64,000 nt of DNA from Lama guanicoe (taxonomy: Eukaryota): contig MU054220.1 in NCBI GenBank assembly GCA_013239625.1, positions 5,316,626 through 5,380,625 on the forward strand, written 5' to 3'. Below are positions 36,615-49,977 of the stretch, in pieces (positions within the stretch are counted from its first letter, which is position 1; every line of letters begins with the position of its first letter). The position numbers and the translations under genes are program-made. The notes below the pieces were generated by a model. The model made no database searches. It saw only the letters and a list, made by a program, of their open reading frames with translations, and had not been told where the DNA came from.

Positions 36615-39160
36615 CTGGACATTAACTCCTGAGCAAGAACTCAGGGAATAGGGCCAACTCCCTGCTAGAGTGGCTCTTAGGAGCCTGACAAAAGCAATGG
36701 CTAATGGCCAGGGAAGTGGAAACACTTGAGTTGCCCTGTAAAAGGGTTGAGGAAGAGACTGGTTGGAAAAAAGGGTAGGAAAAGAGACTGAGAGACATTG
36801 TCATACCAAAATTGATCCATAATGTCGGGCTAGGAGACCCAGCAGAGGATTATGATCTGTGGAAGGGCCTGAGGACCCACCATTCATCAAGACATTAGGA
36901 AGATGCTGGTGTAAAGTGCACCAAACTCACTAAGAAGTTCAGTGGTGGCTCTCCTCTGTAGGTCAGTGCTGATATGCTGGCAGAGGTCACAAAGCTGGGC
37001 TCATTATTATCAATGGGACACTGGGGCCCAAGTAATGGAGGTAGGGTGGTATTTAACTGAAGTCAGGAGATCACATTATAATGACTGCTGGAAAGTCAGA
37101 AGGGCAGCAAGGACGGCTTGACCCACAGAGAATTACAGATAAAGTTAATAGAACATGGTTCCCTAGATGCAAAAGAGACCAGTAGCCAACCACAGTACTT
37201 CTTAATATATACAACCCCAAACAATAAGACTGAGGAAGCAGAAAGCTGAGGGGGTGTTCACCCCCATAAAAAGTCAACAATCCCTTGCTCAGTCTGAGAC
37301 TCAAGTCAATCTTTATGTCTGGAACCACTGGCCCATGAAGTGGCCAGGTCATTCTGAGGAAGGCCCTGAAGCACTGTGGCAAAAATGTACTATTGTGGTT
37401 CCTATATTCCTTCCCAAAAGGGACATATGGCTGTTACCCAGGTGATTGTGAACTGAGGAAAGGGGGATATCTGTATATTTCAAGGGACTGGACACAGGTC
37501 TGTGTTGACATTAATACCTGAAGACTGAAAGTATCATCATTGCCCCTGTCTAGTCAGAGTAGGATCTTACAGGGACCAGATAATAAATGGAATCCTATCT
37601 AAAGTCTGGCCCACAGTGGACAAACCCCATGGTCATTTCCCCTGTAACCAAGTGTATATTGGAATTGATGTACTTGGCAGTTGGAATAACCCTCATATGT
37701 TGGTCTAGGAGACAAGTCGTCATAACGAGGAAGGCCAAGTGGAAACCTCTGAAACGTTTCCCCCTGGCTGAGGTAGTTCATAACAAACAAAGTGAAACAG
37801 TATTGCATCTTTAGGCAGAGATTAGTGCCACCTTTAAAGACCTAAAGTATTTAGGATGGTGGTCCCTGTCACGTCTCTATTTGATTCACTAGTCTAACTC
37901 CTGTAGGAACATAATGGGAATCCTAGAGGGTGACTGTAGTGTTGACCCCCACAGTCCTAATCAAGCTGCAGGCCTGATTGCACCTGCTGTGCTGGACATA
38001 GTATTATTGTTAGAGCAGACTAAAAAGACCTCAGGTACATGATCTACGGATATTGATTTGGTGAGTGTGTTCTTTTCCATGTGCATTATAAGGACTAGAA
38101 ATAGTACACACTTATGTAAGACAGACAAAAATATTAATTTATGGTTTTGTCTCAGGACTGTATTAAATTTCCTGCCCTCTGCCTTAAAATAGTCTGAAGA
38201 GATCTGGATATCCCACAGAACATTACACCTGGTCCATTGCATTGATGACATCATGATAATCAAAGAGGATGAGCAAGAGATGGCTAGGATGCTGGATGCT
38301 TTGGGAAGACTCATGTACTCCAGAGTGTGGGTGATAAACACTGAAGATTTAGGGACCTATCATTTCAGTACAGTTTTAGGGTTTCAGGGGTGAGGAGCAT
38401 ACTGGGACATCTGCTTCAATGTAAAAGAAAAATTACTATGCCTCATATTTCCTACCACAAAGAGGTACCTGTTAAACCTTGTTGGGTTCTGAAGGCAATG
38501 CATTTCACACCTAAGAATTCTGCTCCTGTCCTTTTAGCTGGTGACACGGAGGACTTCAGGCTTTGAGTGGTGCCTGGAGCAGGAAGGGGCTCTGCGCCAG
38601 AGCCAGGCTGCGTTGTGAGCAGCCATCCTGGTTGGACCATACGATCCAGCACAACCCATGATATTGAAAGTATTTTTGTGGTTAAAAAAAAAGTTGCAGT
38701 GTGGAGTTTTTTGGCAAAGCCCTCATGAAGGCTCACAACACAGGCCCCCAGAAGACTGGAGCAAGGCGATGGCATTCTCAGCACAGAAATAAATACCTTT
38801 TTAGGAAGAGTTTCCTGATAGAGGGCTCAGTAACACTTGGTCATGGGGCATCAAGTGACCAAATGTCTGGAACTAAGTTTAGTTCTGTTGGACATGCCAG
38901 GTTATAGTTTAGATGGGCTAGCAGCAGTAAGTCCTTAGATGGAAATGGTAAATACAGTATTGAGCCCAAACAGAACCAGAAGGCATAAATAATTCCTACC
39001 AGTGCCCTATTCTTCACTCATGCTTATGACCACCTGAGAGATCTCAAAAGATCAGTTCACGGAGGATGAAGTACCCTAAGTTTGCTATATGGATGGGATG
39101 CTTCAGTATTTGTGTACATGCTGAAAATAGATGGTATCTACATTACAGCCACAATCAGGG
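36615..39160 (+). pseudogene. decayed ERVL (class III) internal region: gag end, protease, RT and start of RNase H
   Basis: Protease active site LDTG (37488-37499). PMVISPVTKCI and KAKWKPLK appear in ORF 37587-37814. RT segments IAPAVLDIVLLLEQ and H-C-I-D-D-I-M (YIDD decayed, 38238-38249) are present. There are many stops and frameshifts, and no flanking LTR. Confidence 0.85.
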
Positions 39161-39174
39161 ATAAGAATTTGATG

Positions 39175-39545
39175 GGAAACCCAATGCAGACCTGTAGCCC
39201 CATTTTATTCAGCTCCCTGCTCTCTGGAACTATTTCCTCACAAATTACAGTTGTTTAATCTGCTCCAAACTCTGATTCCTGCTTCCTCAGGTCAGTGAGA
39301 AGCTCGTGTTCTACTTTGCTTCTACTCCCTGTACCCTGGTTCTAAAAGTGCCCCCTAAACAGGAAGCTGCAGGAATATGGGCTTGCCTCCTGTATTTCCT
39401 TTTTCTCAGTGGTTACAATATTGTCCTGACTATTGTTCAGTTCTTGAAAACAGTTGCCTCATACTGTTTTCCCAGTTTTGTAATTGATATGGCAGAAAGG
39501 CGAGTTCCTTTCTAGTTACTCCGTCATCACTGGGACTGGAAGCCC
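39175..39545 (-). mobile_element. ancient L1M/HAL1-type 5' end
   Basis: TTCTTGAAAACAGTTGCCTCATA...CCAGTTTTGTAATTG...GTTACTCCGTCATCACTGGGACTGGAAG resembles the reverse of old L1ME/HAL1 5' termini. Confidence 0.55.
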
Positions 39546-40702
39546 CTCTCTCTTCTGTTTTAAATTGAGTTAATACAGAGACACAGGTGACTAGACTGAA
39601 ACAGTTCATGCCAGTCAGGTCTTGAATTTAGATCTAATTATAATCCATTGTTTTATCCAACACAACCAAGATGTCAGGTTGTTATATCCAATGGTAATAA
39701 TTCTGTTTAATTATAAATACCTTTTAGGCTTGTGGGGTGAGTCTGGGCTCAGTGGAAAAGTGTGCTGCACTTAGGTTTTGATGGCTGCCATGGTATGGGA
39801 GGGGAGTATCATGGCCATGGTTTACTCGCCAAACCCTGTATTAAACCAGTGTTTATAAGTAACCAGTAGAGAAGTGATTTGATAGAACTGAAGAGTCCTG
39901 ACTTTTTGGCAGGTGATTTGGGATTCTCCTTGTGGGTTTCACCTCCTGTTTTCCCCATATTGAAGAAATGCATCGATGTCTCCTGGTTGGAGATGGTTTG
40001 AATTGAGCTGGCATAGGTGGATGTGGGTCTATTTACTATCCTGGTAGGTTTTGGTTCTCCCTTTGGTACATCACACTCCCCAGGTTTCATCCTTGACATT
40101 TAATAATAGTTCTGAAGCCAGACAGTATGGGAGTTCTTATGTTATATTGTATGGGTGGCAAATGCCTACAATTTCCTGTTGGATCTGTTTTACTGAGGGC
40201 TTCTGTCCCTGAAAAAGGGAAGTGAAGATCCGGACAGCTCAATTAGCAATTGTTTTAAGCATACATATTTGGACTCAAGGATGTTTGGCTAATTTTATAG
40301 TTGGCTTTAGTTGGAGTCATTACTGAATGTCTCCTGCATATATTATGCTATATTCAACATGTGAAAATTCATATTTCAGCAGTATCAACTCAAGTGGAAA
40401 ACTGAAAATCCCCAAACAGAAAATTAGCAAACATTTGTTCTGTCGCAGCTCGAGCATGTGGTGTTCTTTTCTCTCTCTAAACAAAATTATCCTGGCCTCC
40501 TAGCCAATGAATGTAGCTCTTTTACGACATCCCAGGGGAAAGGCACCCCATGCAACCAATGTGCTGATTATTTAATCATAAAAGACAAGAGTTTAAATAA
40601 GAGAGATAAAAACATCTTCAGAAGAATCACTGGGGACACAGGACTTAGAGAGTTCTACACATAATTCATCCCCACTCACTATTCTGAACGTTATTGATTC
40701 TT

Positions 40703-40927
40703 TTTTTTATTGAAGTATAATCAGTTTACAATGTTGTGTCAATTTCTGGTGTACAGCATAATGTTTCAGTCCTACAGGTACATACGTATATTCGTTTTCA
40801 TATTCTCTTTCATTATAGATTACTATGAGATTTTGAATGTAGTTCCTTGTGCTATACAGAAGAAACTTGTTTATTTTATATACAGCAGTTAGCATCTGCA
40901 AATCTCAAACTCTCAAGTTATCCTTTC
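40703..40927 (-). mobile_element. young camelid-type L1 3' terminal fragment with 15-bp TSD
   Basis: Same family as 12428 and 19021. Flanks are ACGTTATTGATTCTT (40688-40702) and ACATCATTGATTCTT (40938-40952). Confidence 0.85.
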
Positions 40928-42250
40928 ATGTTCAGAGACATCATTGATTCTTGAATCCTGGGAATGGAAGGAGGCACAGATAAATGCAGCTTGGTGGAGA
41001 TACCACACAGGAGAGCTGCCTTCACTTCTCAGCATCACATTTTGTTCAGTTAGTTGATACTATGCAAGTTGAACCAGGTGTATGAACCAGAGGAAATGCC
41101 CAAGTATCAGACCGTTTTCCTCCTCTTTTTTCCTGGTTGATTTTCACTGCATCATTTATAATACTTTTATATAATATGAACCCCTGCACCACCTTTTTTA
41201 AAACCTTGTAACACTTTTTGTCTTTCTTCTTACCCTTTGGGTAGAGTTAATGCTTAATGTAGAGAGAAAGAAATGAATTAATGCTTGTCTTTGAATTCAG
41301 AAACTGACCTTTGGAGCCCAGGACAGAGATAATATATTCAAGAGTGAAGTGTGAGTGTGAGAGTGTGTGTGTGTGTGTATATGTTGCCAGAACCTACTTT
41401 TTGTTTTTGTTGTTTGTCTTCTTATTTCCTAAATCTATTATTTAGGGCAGAAGCTTTTGGTGCTCAAAACAAACAAACAAAAAACCCAAACAAAATAAAA
41501 CAAACAACAAGTAATAGAAATTTTATCTAGTATTTCCAGGTGTACTCAGTCAATTTTGGGTAAATTCAATCAACATAGGTTTAAGATGGGACAGTTCAAG
41601 ATTTTCAGCCCTGTAAGGGCTGAGCAAGGGGAGAAGTTTATTAGCATCAGGCAGCAATAGGGTAAGACAGCAGGTCCACAGCCACCCTTGGACCTCTGTG
41701 GCCTCCCACTAGCATGTAACTGTTTCCCATAATCTGCAGTTCCCACTGCATCTGGTGGTGATGTCCACAGTCCTACCATGCCTGTTACTTGGTAGAAAAA
41801 TAGGTATTTGAAACAGAAACTAAGTTCAGTGGTAAGAAAAAAATATATGGAAATTGAATTTTTTGTATTCGTATCTGTGGCTTTTGAAATTCATAATCAT
41901 TTTCACTGGATTTATATCTAGACTATGTTTTTCCCATGGAAAATTTTAGCCTTATTCAAGTAGCTGAAATGTCCACATCCCTCTGAGAGCTTTCCTCTGG
42001 TTTCTGCCCCAAGGTGGCAGTGTAAGTTCTTTTTCCTACAGAGGTCCATCAGGATTCAATTTATTCTTTTTAAGGTATTATCACTTCTCATTTTTTAATA
42101 TGGTTATTTATATATACTGTAAATACATTATTTATATATTATATGATAGGATACTTATTCTGACAGGTTAGGCTATTGATAAATAGTGAACACCAATTCA
42201 CATCTTCAAGTTTTCTTGGTTTCTAATACTCTATTTTTGTTGTTTCCTTT

Positions 42251-42355
42251 CAGTGGTTCTCAATCTTGGTGTATATTAGAACCACTCTAGATTCTTTTAA
42301 AAAATACCAAATGTTCTGGTCCATTCTGGAGTCAAGTAAGTCAGTATCCCAGGAA
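42251..42355. mobile_element. MER5-like hAT MITE fragment
   Basis: CAGTGGTTCTCAATCTTGGTGTATATTAGAACCAC is a MER5-type terminus. Confidence 0.6.
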
Positions 42356-44409
42356 ATTAATTCTCCCTTCCTTCTCTCTATCGTTTCCTCTGTTCCTTCC
42401 TTCTTTCCTCTGTCTCTTCTTCAATGCTCAATGCCTCTCTCCCTATTTCTCTCTCTCCTGTGCATCCAGGAGGTACACCACACTGCCTAGGTCAGCTCTT
42501 TCCCCTCTGTGCTCCTGAGACTGACATGCAACCTAAAGCCTCCTCCATCAGCTTTTTAGATAAACCAAGGACAAGATAGCCAGCAAATAATCCAATTGAA
42601 GCCACTAGCAATATTGGGTCCCATTTGGTAGAGGAACTTCTGGGTAGTTGATTTTCAACTATTTGTTCCCTCAGTACATGAGGAAACCAAAGGCAGACTA
42701 TGATCAATGTTTCTGCATAATGAATCAAAACATTGGATGAGGGAGTAATCAAGCTGCAAACTTACAGTGATTGTTACCCTGGAGGCCTCAAGGAAGGAGG
42801 CTGCTGTTTGTCTATATCGACCCTAGCAGATGCACCAGTGTATTCTACCCCAGCGTCCTGTCCAGCAGTGGATAATTAATAAAGGTAATCATAACAACCA
42901 TTACCATTAGGGATTATTTTATCTGCTGACTGTATTTCTAGTGAAAGGGTCAAGAACTATATCACTGAACATCAAGAAGTCTATTGTTCATCTTTGAGTA
43001 GGCAGAAAATGATGCTGGATTGGCTGGACTGCTCTGCACACTGAGCCTTTGCATCTTTAGTATGTCCTGTTTCTAACTTCTAGAGTCGATATACAAGTAT
43101 GTTTGGGGGAAGTGCCGGTGGGATGAGGTGGAGGGGATGCTGAGCAGCAAAGAGTGGCGGGAACGACAGCAGACAAATGGTTATCATCTGATGATGAGCT
43201 TTTTCCCTCTTGTCCACATATTTTAATTCCAGCCACCCCTCATTCCCTTGAACTCTGCATCTTGGGGATACAGGGTTCATTTGTTAGCACTTTTTTTTAA
43301 CAGTCTTTCTCCTAGACCCTGAAGCCTGGGTTTGCTTTTCTAGGAACTGTGGTCAAAGTGTTGTTGCTTGATTTCAGGTCCAGTCTTGTCTGCCTTACAT
43401 AGTAGCTGTGTGCCTTTGGGTAAATCATTTCCCACCTGTAAATCTCAGTTATCTAGTTGAGATGATAATAATGGCTTTCTGTTTTTGTGACCTTGGAACT
43501 TTGTCTTCACCTTTGCCATTGAAGCAAAGCCTCATTTTCTTGGTCTGAGTGATATCCTGGTTGTAGACTGCACTGAAGTGCATGGTGTCAAATTCTTCCA
43601 TGAAGCTTTTCATTCTTAGAATCATTTTAATGTAGATCAGAATGCTTGCTGTGGTCTCATACTTCATATTCTTCCACACAAATGCAGAGCTTTTATGTTA
43701 AAAAATTTAATATTTTGTGAAAGGAAAAAGGATCTCAACCTCATTGGGGTTTTATTATCATTTGTACCAACTTGTTCAACCTGTCAATAACTGGCAGAAT
43801 GGAGACTGCTGATGCTGCTACTAACACCAAATATTTATATTTCACTGGGGTACAGCTGGAGTTTCCAGAGCTTACAGTATGTAATTATGAATATATATGT
43901 ATATTTATGTTACCAGACTGATGCTGGATGTTATTTTTCAAACTCTCGATACACTACAGAATATACCTTATTTTAATAAAACTGAACGGTCACATTCTAT
44001 TGTTTTCTGCCTTCAAGAAAACCTTTTGTAATCAATCATGTGGATAAATAGCATAGGTTGAAAATTTGAGACAATGTGTTGAAATCATCCAGCACAGAAT
44101 GGGATGCTCAGTATCTACTAGATATGATGATAATTATTAAGCATGAGCATTTACTCAGTGCCAGTTTTGTGTCTAGGACTAGTTAGTTCCTGGGAATATA
44201 TGAGTGGACATCTTCTCTACCCTCAGGGAATTTAAAGCCTGCTTTATTTATTAAATGGCTTTAGACCCCTTTTTGGTTACATGCCTGCTTGTGGGGTCAA
44301 CCTCTTCATTGCTCGGATTGGGTGCCAAGCCTGAAGTTGAGTTAGACCCTGTCTTGTCTTGTCCTCCAGCCCACCTTCCTCCTGTCCCAATAGAAGAAAT
44401 TTTCAAGGA

Positions 44410-44750
44410 AGACTGTGGTTAAGAGCTCAAGCTTTGGCGTCACAGGCAAGGATTATATTCCACTCCATCACCAAATCCTTATGTGATCTCCAACAATTGT
44501 CTTGACCCCTTTGAACTTAGAACTTGTTAAACAGGGGCTGTAATACCTAACTCGAAGGATTGTCATAAGTATTAAGTGTGAAATGCTTGTAAAACATTTA
44601 GTACAATGCTTAGCATGTGGAAAGTACCCAATAAACGTTTACTCTCCCATTTTATAGATGAGGATACTGAGAATGAGAGAGGTTACTTTACCTGTCTGTG
44701 ATCACACAACAAGCCAGTGGCATGAGGTCCAAAGTCCTTCTATTCTATAC
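44410..44750. mobile_element. two MIR fragments in opposite orientation (+ 44410-44640, - 44645-44750)
   Basis: TGTGGTTAAGAGCTCAAGCTTTGG...ACAATGCTTAGCATGTGG...AATAAA, then CCCATTTTATAGATGAGGATACTGAG. Confidence 0.7.
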
Positions 44751-45168
44751 TGATGCATACAGAGACAGTTTCACTGTATTTCTTAAATCAAGTACTGTCC
44801 TTTGGCTCTTAAGCCTCACAAAGATCCCTGGAACTTTTGAGCCTGCCCTGAATCTATACAGAGTTTCCTTTGTGCTTGTGTATTTGGATGTTTATGTGTA
44901 TGTATCAGTGCTGTGTCTGTGTTCACTGATGCCCATGATTCTTGTTCCAACCCCTCAATCCCTTCTCAGGGAGGGCAGGGGCCTTTTGTTCTGCATGGAC
45001 TTTTTTGACAGAATTAAAGTCCTTCAGTTTAAGGAAAACAACAGTCAAACAAATTTAGACTTGGCACTTTCTTAATCATTTGAATTCAGAGGCTTGATTA
45101 ACAGTTTCTGCATGGATCTCTCAGAAGGATGTCTTAGGATCTGAGAGACTTACAGGAATCCTGTAGAT

Positions 45169-45356
45169 CAGTGATTCCCAAACTTGTCTATGGCATAGAA
45201 TCACACAAAGGGCTTTTAAAATCATAGATCACTGGGCCCTACCCCGAAGTTTTTGATTTGGCAGGTCTACAGCAGAGCCCTAGGATTTGCATTTCTAGTA
45301 AGTTTCCAGGTGATGCTGATGCTGCTTGGCTGGTGACCACACTTTTAGAACCATTG
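45169..45356. mobile_element. MER5A hAT-Charlie MITE, near full length
   Basis: TIRs CAGTGATTCCCAAACT / CACTTTTAGAACCATTG, internal ATTTGCATTTCTAGTAAGTTTCCAGGTGATGCTGATGCTGC, and flanks CTGTAGAT / CT-TAGAT. Confidence 0.85.
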
Positions 45357-46727
45357 CTTAGATCTTTACCAAAGAGGACTTCCCAGCCTGAAGAGTGTTG
45401 ACCCTGGGAAAGGAGAGCCCAGCAGAAATTTAATTTTTTCAGAATGAGTTCAACTGTCCAGAAAATGCCAGCAGAGAGGAGAAATACTTCCTTATAGATG
45501 GGTTCATGTACTAGGATAAATCATATGATGATTTACTCTCTGGGACTAGTGACACCTTCATTGAAAATAGAAGAGTTATTTATCAGATGTAGGAGATTCA
45601 GATCCCATTTCCAAAGATATATTTTCTTTAGACAGATGGGAAGAACATGAACTTCTGGGCTCAAATTGTGATCTACAATTTATTTGCTTCAAAACCTTGT
45701 AGAAAGTTAGTTAATTTCTCTAAGCTCAACTATCAAATGGAGATATTAAAACCTAATCTTGAAAGGCTGTTGTGAGGGTTTAACATAGTGCTTGGCTGAC
45801 ACTAGGAATTGAATACAAAGTAGATATTTATGTTATTATTCAAAAAAGTGGTAGTTTTCCTGTCATTTGACTTTAGAGTACTGAATCAGAGAAATAGCCC
45901 ATAAATGTCTCTAAACTAAATGTCTAAATACCTTTTCCCATCAGGCTATCATTGCAACTAATATTCATAAGATTCTATCTGAAAATCTTCTTTGATTTAA
46001 TGTCAAGTTGAATAGGATTAGTGGTTCTATACTTCATTCAGTTCAATGTGCACATGTTGTAGGCAAACAAGTGTGAAAGAGTTAGTACTTTGGAAAAGTG
46101 TTGTTTGATCATTCAATGATATGAAAACCATTGGTTGACTGATTGTTGATATTTTTTGAGGGCTACAAAAGTAAAAGAGAAGAAACAAAAACCAAAATAT
46201 TGACTGAGAGAATTTTTGATGAAAATTATTTATAGGATTATACACAAAGTGTTTTCTATAATTTATTGACAATTTATGGAATTTTCAAGGGCACTCTGCC
46301 TACATAGATTTGTTGTCTAACATGCTAACTTCAGTACCTGATGTCCCCGTAAGAGTCAACTCTGTCCAACTTCACTGACTCCATAGATTGCTGTTTAAAA
46401 CTGGTTTTCATGAATTGGTGGCTGATCTGTGTAGATAACTTTCTGGATTGGGTAAATGATCATGTGACTTAAATGGTTAGTCCTGTCTGATTTCTAAGAC
46501 TTCATTATTCCTACAATCATGTCAAGGTCCGTGTAAAGGAATGACATTGAATTTAATTATTTATTCCAATTAGGTAGCCCGTTGTGGATGACTTCATTGG
46601 TTAATTGATTCTATTTGACAGCCAGACAACATGACTCTACTCTCATTCATCTGTGGGCGAATAGGTTACTGCAGTAGTCTCCGCATCAGGGTTGGAAAAG
46701 CTAACAAAAGTAAATTGTCACCCTGGC

Positions 46728-46746
46728 TGACCTCTAGAGGGAGCTC
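46728..46746 (+). promoter_or_regulatory. candidate CTCF binding site
   Basis: TGACCTCTAGAGGGAGCTC versus the CTCF core CCWSYAGRKGGCRS (one mismatch), in non-repetitive sequence. Confidence 0.5.
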
Positions 46747-47564
46747 AAGACGTCACTTACTCCTTAACCCCTCTGCATTCAGAGATGAGCAAGTTGTAAG
46801 TAAAGGAATAAAAAAGACATTCTCAGAGACACATGGTTGAACATGAAGTTCAAAAGAAAATGTTTAAGTGGAGCAACAAAAGGGTTTTATCTAAAACATG
46901 AATGTGGCTCTTTTTGCTCTTTTGTAAGTTTCCTATAGTTGGGTAGTAGAACAGGATAGAGAATGGTTCTCTTAGGCCCATCTATTTCAGATCTTGACTT
47001 TCTTACTTAGATTTGTTTTGTGTGCTCCTTTTAATATCCAAGTGCTGAAATCCAGGAAGGCCAAACCAGTGTGTGACTCTGGAGGGCAGAGAGCAAGGAG
47101 AAGGCTGTTTGACTTCCCTAGAATATATTACATGTGACACAACATGTGATAAGCTAAGTAGAATACCAGCTGGTGATTTGGGGCCAGGGCTCATCTATTA
47201 ATGATGAGCATCCATTGGGCACATAACACTTGAGAAGCTTCTGTAGTTGCTGGTAGCATAATAGGGATTCTGGAGGTTGATAATGTCCTCCAGTCCCTCT
47301 GCCTTTCAGAAGTAGGGCTCATCAATAAAAATATTACCTCACTGTTACATAGTGCATCTGCCAACATTAAAATGTGCTTTAAAATACATTTAAATGATGT
47401 ATAAAATATACAAATTTATGTATAATTCTTACACTTGCATAGTAAAATTTTGGAAGGCTAAACAAGAAACTGTTGACATTTGCTGCCATTCAGTAACTTT
47501 GAATTCTGGCTACCCCTGGGCTCTGGGGGCAAAAGAAAAGCTTACTGTTTATTGTACCCTTGCG

Positions 47565-47590
47565 TGTGTGTGTGTGTGTGTGTGTGTGTA
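47565..47590. repeat. (TG)n microsatellite
   Basis: Directly visible. Confidence 0.95.
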
Positions 47591-49977
47591 TACACTAATT
47601 ACTGCTATTCCTTTTCAGTAATGTTGCACAGTGAAATGATCATTGTAGTTATTTCTAGGTTGAGGATTATAAATGATTTCCTCTCTCTATTTCATATCTT
47701 TCTGTTTTCTGATGACTTTTTTGGCAATGGTCATCTATTACTTTAAAACCAAGCAAAAATAATTGAAAGACATTCATCATTTAGTCCCTAAAACAACTGT
47801 ATAATATGAATGATATTAATCTCTCTGAATTTCTGATAGGATTAAATAATTTGTTTTAAGATCTTATCTGACAAAACTGGTATTCAGATCTGGTATTCTG
47901 ACTCATTCTTCCATGCCATACAGGCCTCATTGTGATAAGGGGAGCAAAGGCTTAAGTCTCCTTAATGTCCACTCCCCCTAGAGAGCCCATTAATCATGGC
48001 ACCATTATATGATTTTTTTCCTCCAGTGCCTCATCAGGATGAGTCCATATGGACTTGTGGATATCTACACATCAAAGACTGGGGAGAAAGGGCCTCGAAG
48101 AAGGGGGATCATGCACTGTAGGGACTATCAAAGGACTGACATTCTCTTCCCTGTCTTGTTCAAGGGGTTATATTCTGTATCTTTTAAAGCTGTATTTATC
48201 TGGGTACATTCACAGGGACCAGAAAGACTTACTAGAATTCAGTACCTACTGTCTGCAAAAAGGCAATTTACATGTGGCAGCAGCTTAGACATGCCTCTTC
48301 TAATTCATTTGAAGGGCACTGAAGGAGAGCAGTGGAGTTTAATAATCACCTGCAGCCGCCCTGGTGCTCGTTCAGGTGGCTTTACGGTCTCATTTTGGCC
48401 TGGCTGCTTTCCAGAGGATTTACCAGAGTTCTTATGGAGAGGCCACTGTGGGGCTGAGGTGAAGGTGAGCCCCAGGCCCAGAACTGAACTTCTGCTAGTC
48501 AAGGGATGCTGCTGATCAGATAGGAATGGCCAACACCTGGGATAAGTACCATCACTCCTGCCTGGCCCCTCCCTCCCCGATGGGCTTTCTCTTCCTCAAA
48601 GCTTTTCTCGCCCATGGGTTTGATGAGTAATGTCCTCTATCTTCATTTATGTAAAATCTGCCATATTTAGTGTCTCTGCATCTCTGTGCATGAGGAAAGT
48701 ATGGTAGGCCCTCCTTCTCTGATTAACTTCTTCAGTTTTCAGCTGCTCTCTTTTCCCTGGGAAGACTTCTTAACTCCCAACTCTGTTAGTTTTTCTAGAC
48801 TTGTGACCTTCATTGGTCAGGTGTCTCATATGTGAATTGAAGGATTAAACATTAGCTTCTACTTAAAGTTTCAGGATGCTGCCCTGGGTTAATTGGCAAA
48901 CATCTTGGCTGCATTTATTGCCCTCTCAGTTTAAAGTGTCACTTTGGCTTGTCAAAAACTTTTACTTTTAAATTACTGCAAAAGGCATAGATTTGATCTG
49001 GTGTTAAAAGATAAATCAAAACAGAACAAATTCTGCATAAGTACTAGGATTCTTTATTGTTTAAGTCCAAAGCAGATTAAATAATAACTGAGATGAGGGA
49101 ATTGTTTAAATATGGAAACTATTTGCCAATGAACCCCAATTATTCTTTCCAGTATCTTTTCATCTTGCCTTCATTCTCTTTGGTGATTGCTAAATATATA
49201 CATATATATTTTTATATAAAATCAACTTAGCTACTAAATCAAGATAGAAGAGATTAGTACTTTCCCTCCCAGGAGATGTATCAACCATCATTAAAGATGC
49301 AGACAGCAAAATAGCAGTTTGAGCCTCAGAGAGCAGGTTGGAAAAAAATAATTTACAGTTGTGTTTTTGCTGTTGGCATTACTCTAAATCACACCTAGTT
49401 CCTTCATTTGTTAGGCATGCTTTCAGTTTGGAATCAGAACAAGTCTATCATGGTAGGAACCCCCCGCCCCCATTTTTTGCAAATAACATTTTATTTTTCT
49501 GAAATCTAGGGCTAGGAAACAGAGAGTTGCCTGCTCAGATACAAATGCCTTGTCTGTACTTGGACCACAGACAGAGGAATGCCAGCAAGGTTGGATATGA
49601 AAGCATGACTGTTGGCAGTTGGGAGAACAAAAGTCTTTTTTCCTCTTTTTGTTTTCAGAAAAGCCTCAATCAATACCCCACTTGTAACTGCACCAAGGCG
49701 CACAGAAGTAGAGTATCCAATACAATCACATTAAAACCTTTTAAATTTGACACAATGTAAAGGCAGAAGTATTCTTGCATGAGGACAATTATTTCGAATT
49801 ACTTGTGCAGGAGGGCTTTTGGAATAGAAAGAGTTTATGTCAATTTAGCATTACCCTTTGTCTTCTCAGAATTTTAGGGTGTTTTTTTAAAATTAATATC
49901 TAATGATTTGGTTGAAATTATCAACAAATTATTTTGGTTGAAATTATCAATTTGGTAAATCTGAATCCCCCTATAAC

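Noticed and set aside
48009..48515. Longest ORF in unique sequence (168 aa)
   Set aside because: No recognisable domain, composition typical of translated non-coding DNA, and no convincing splice or promoter context. A length like this is plausible by chance.
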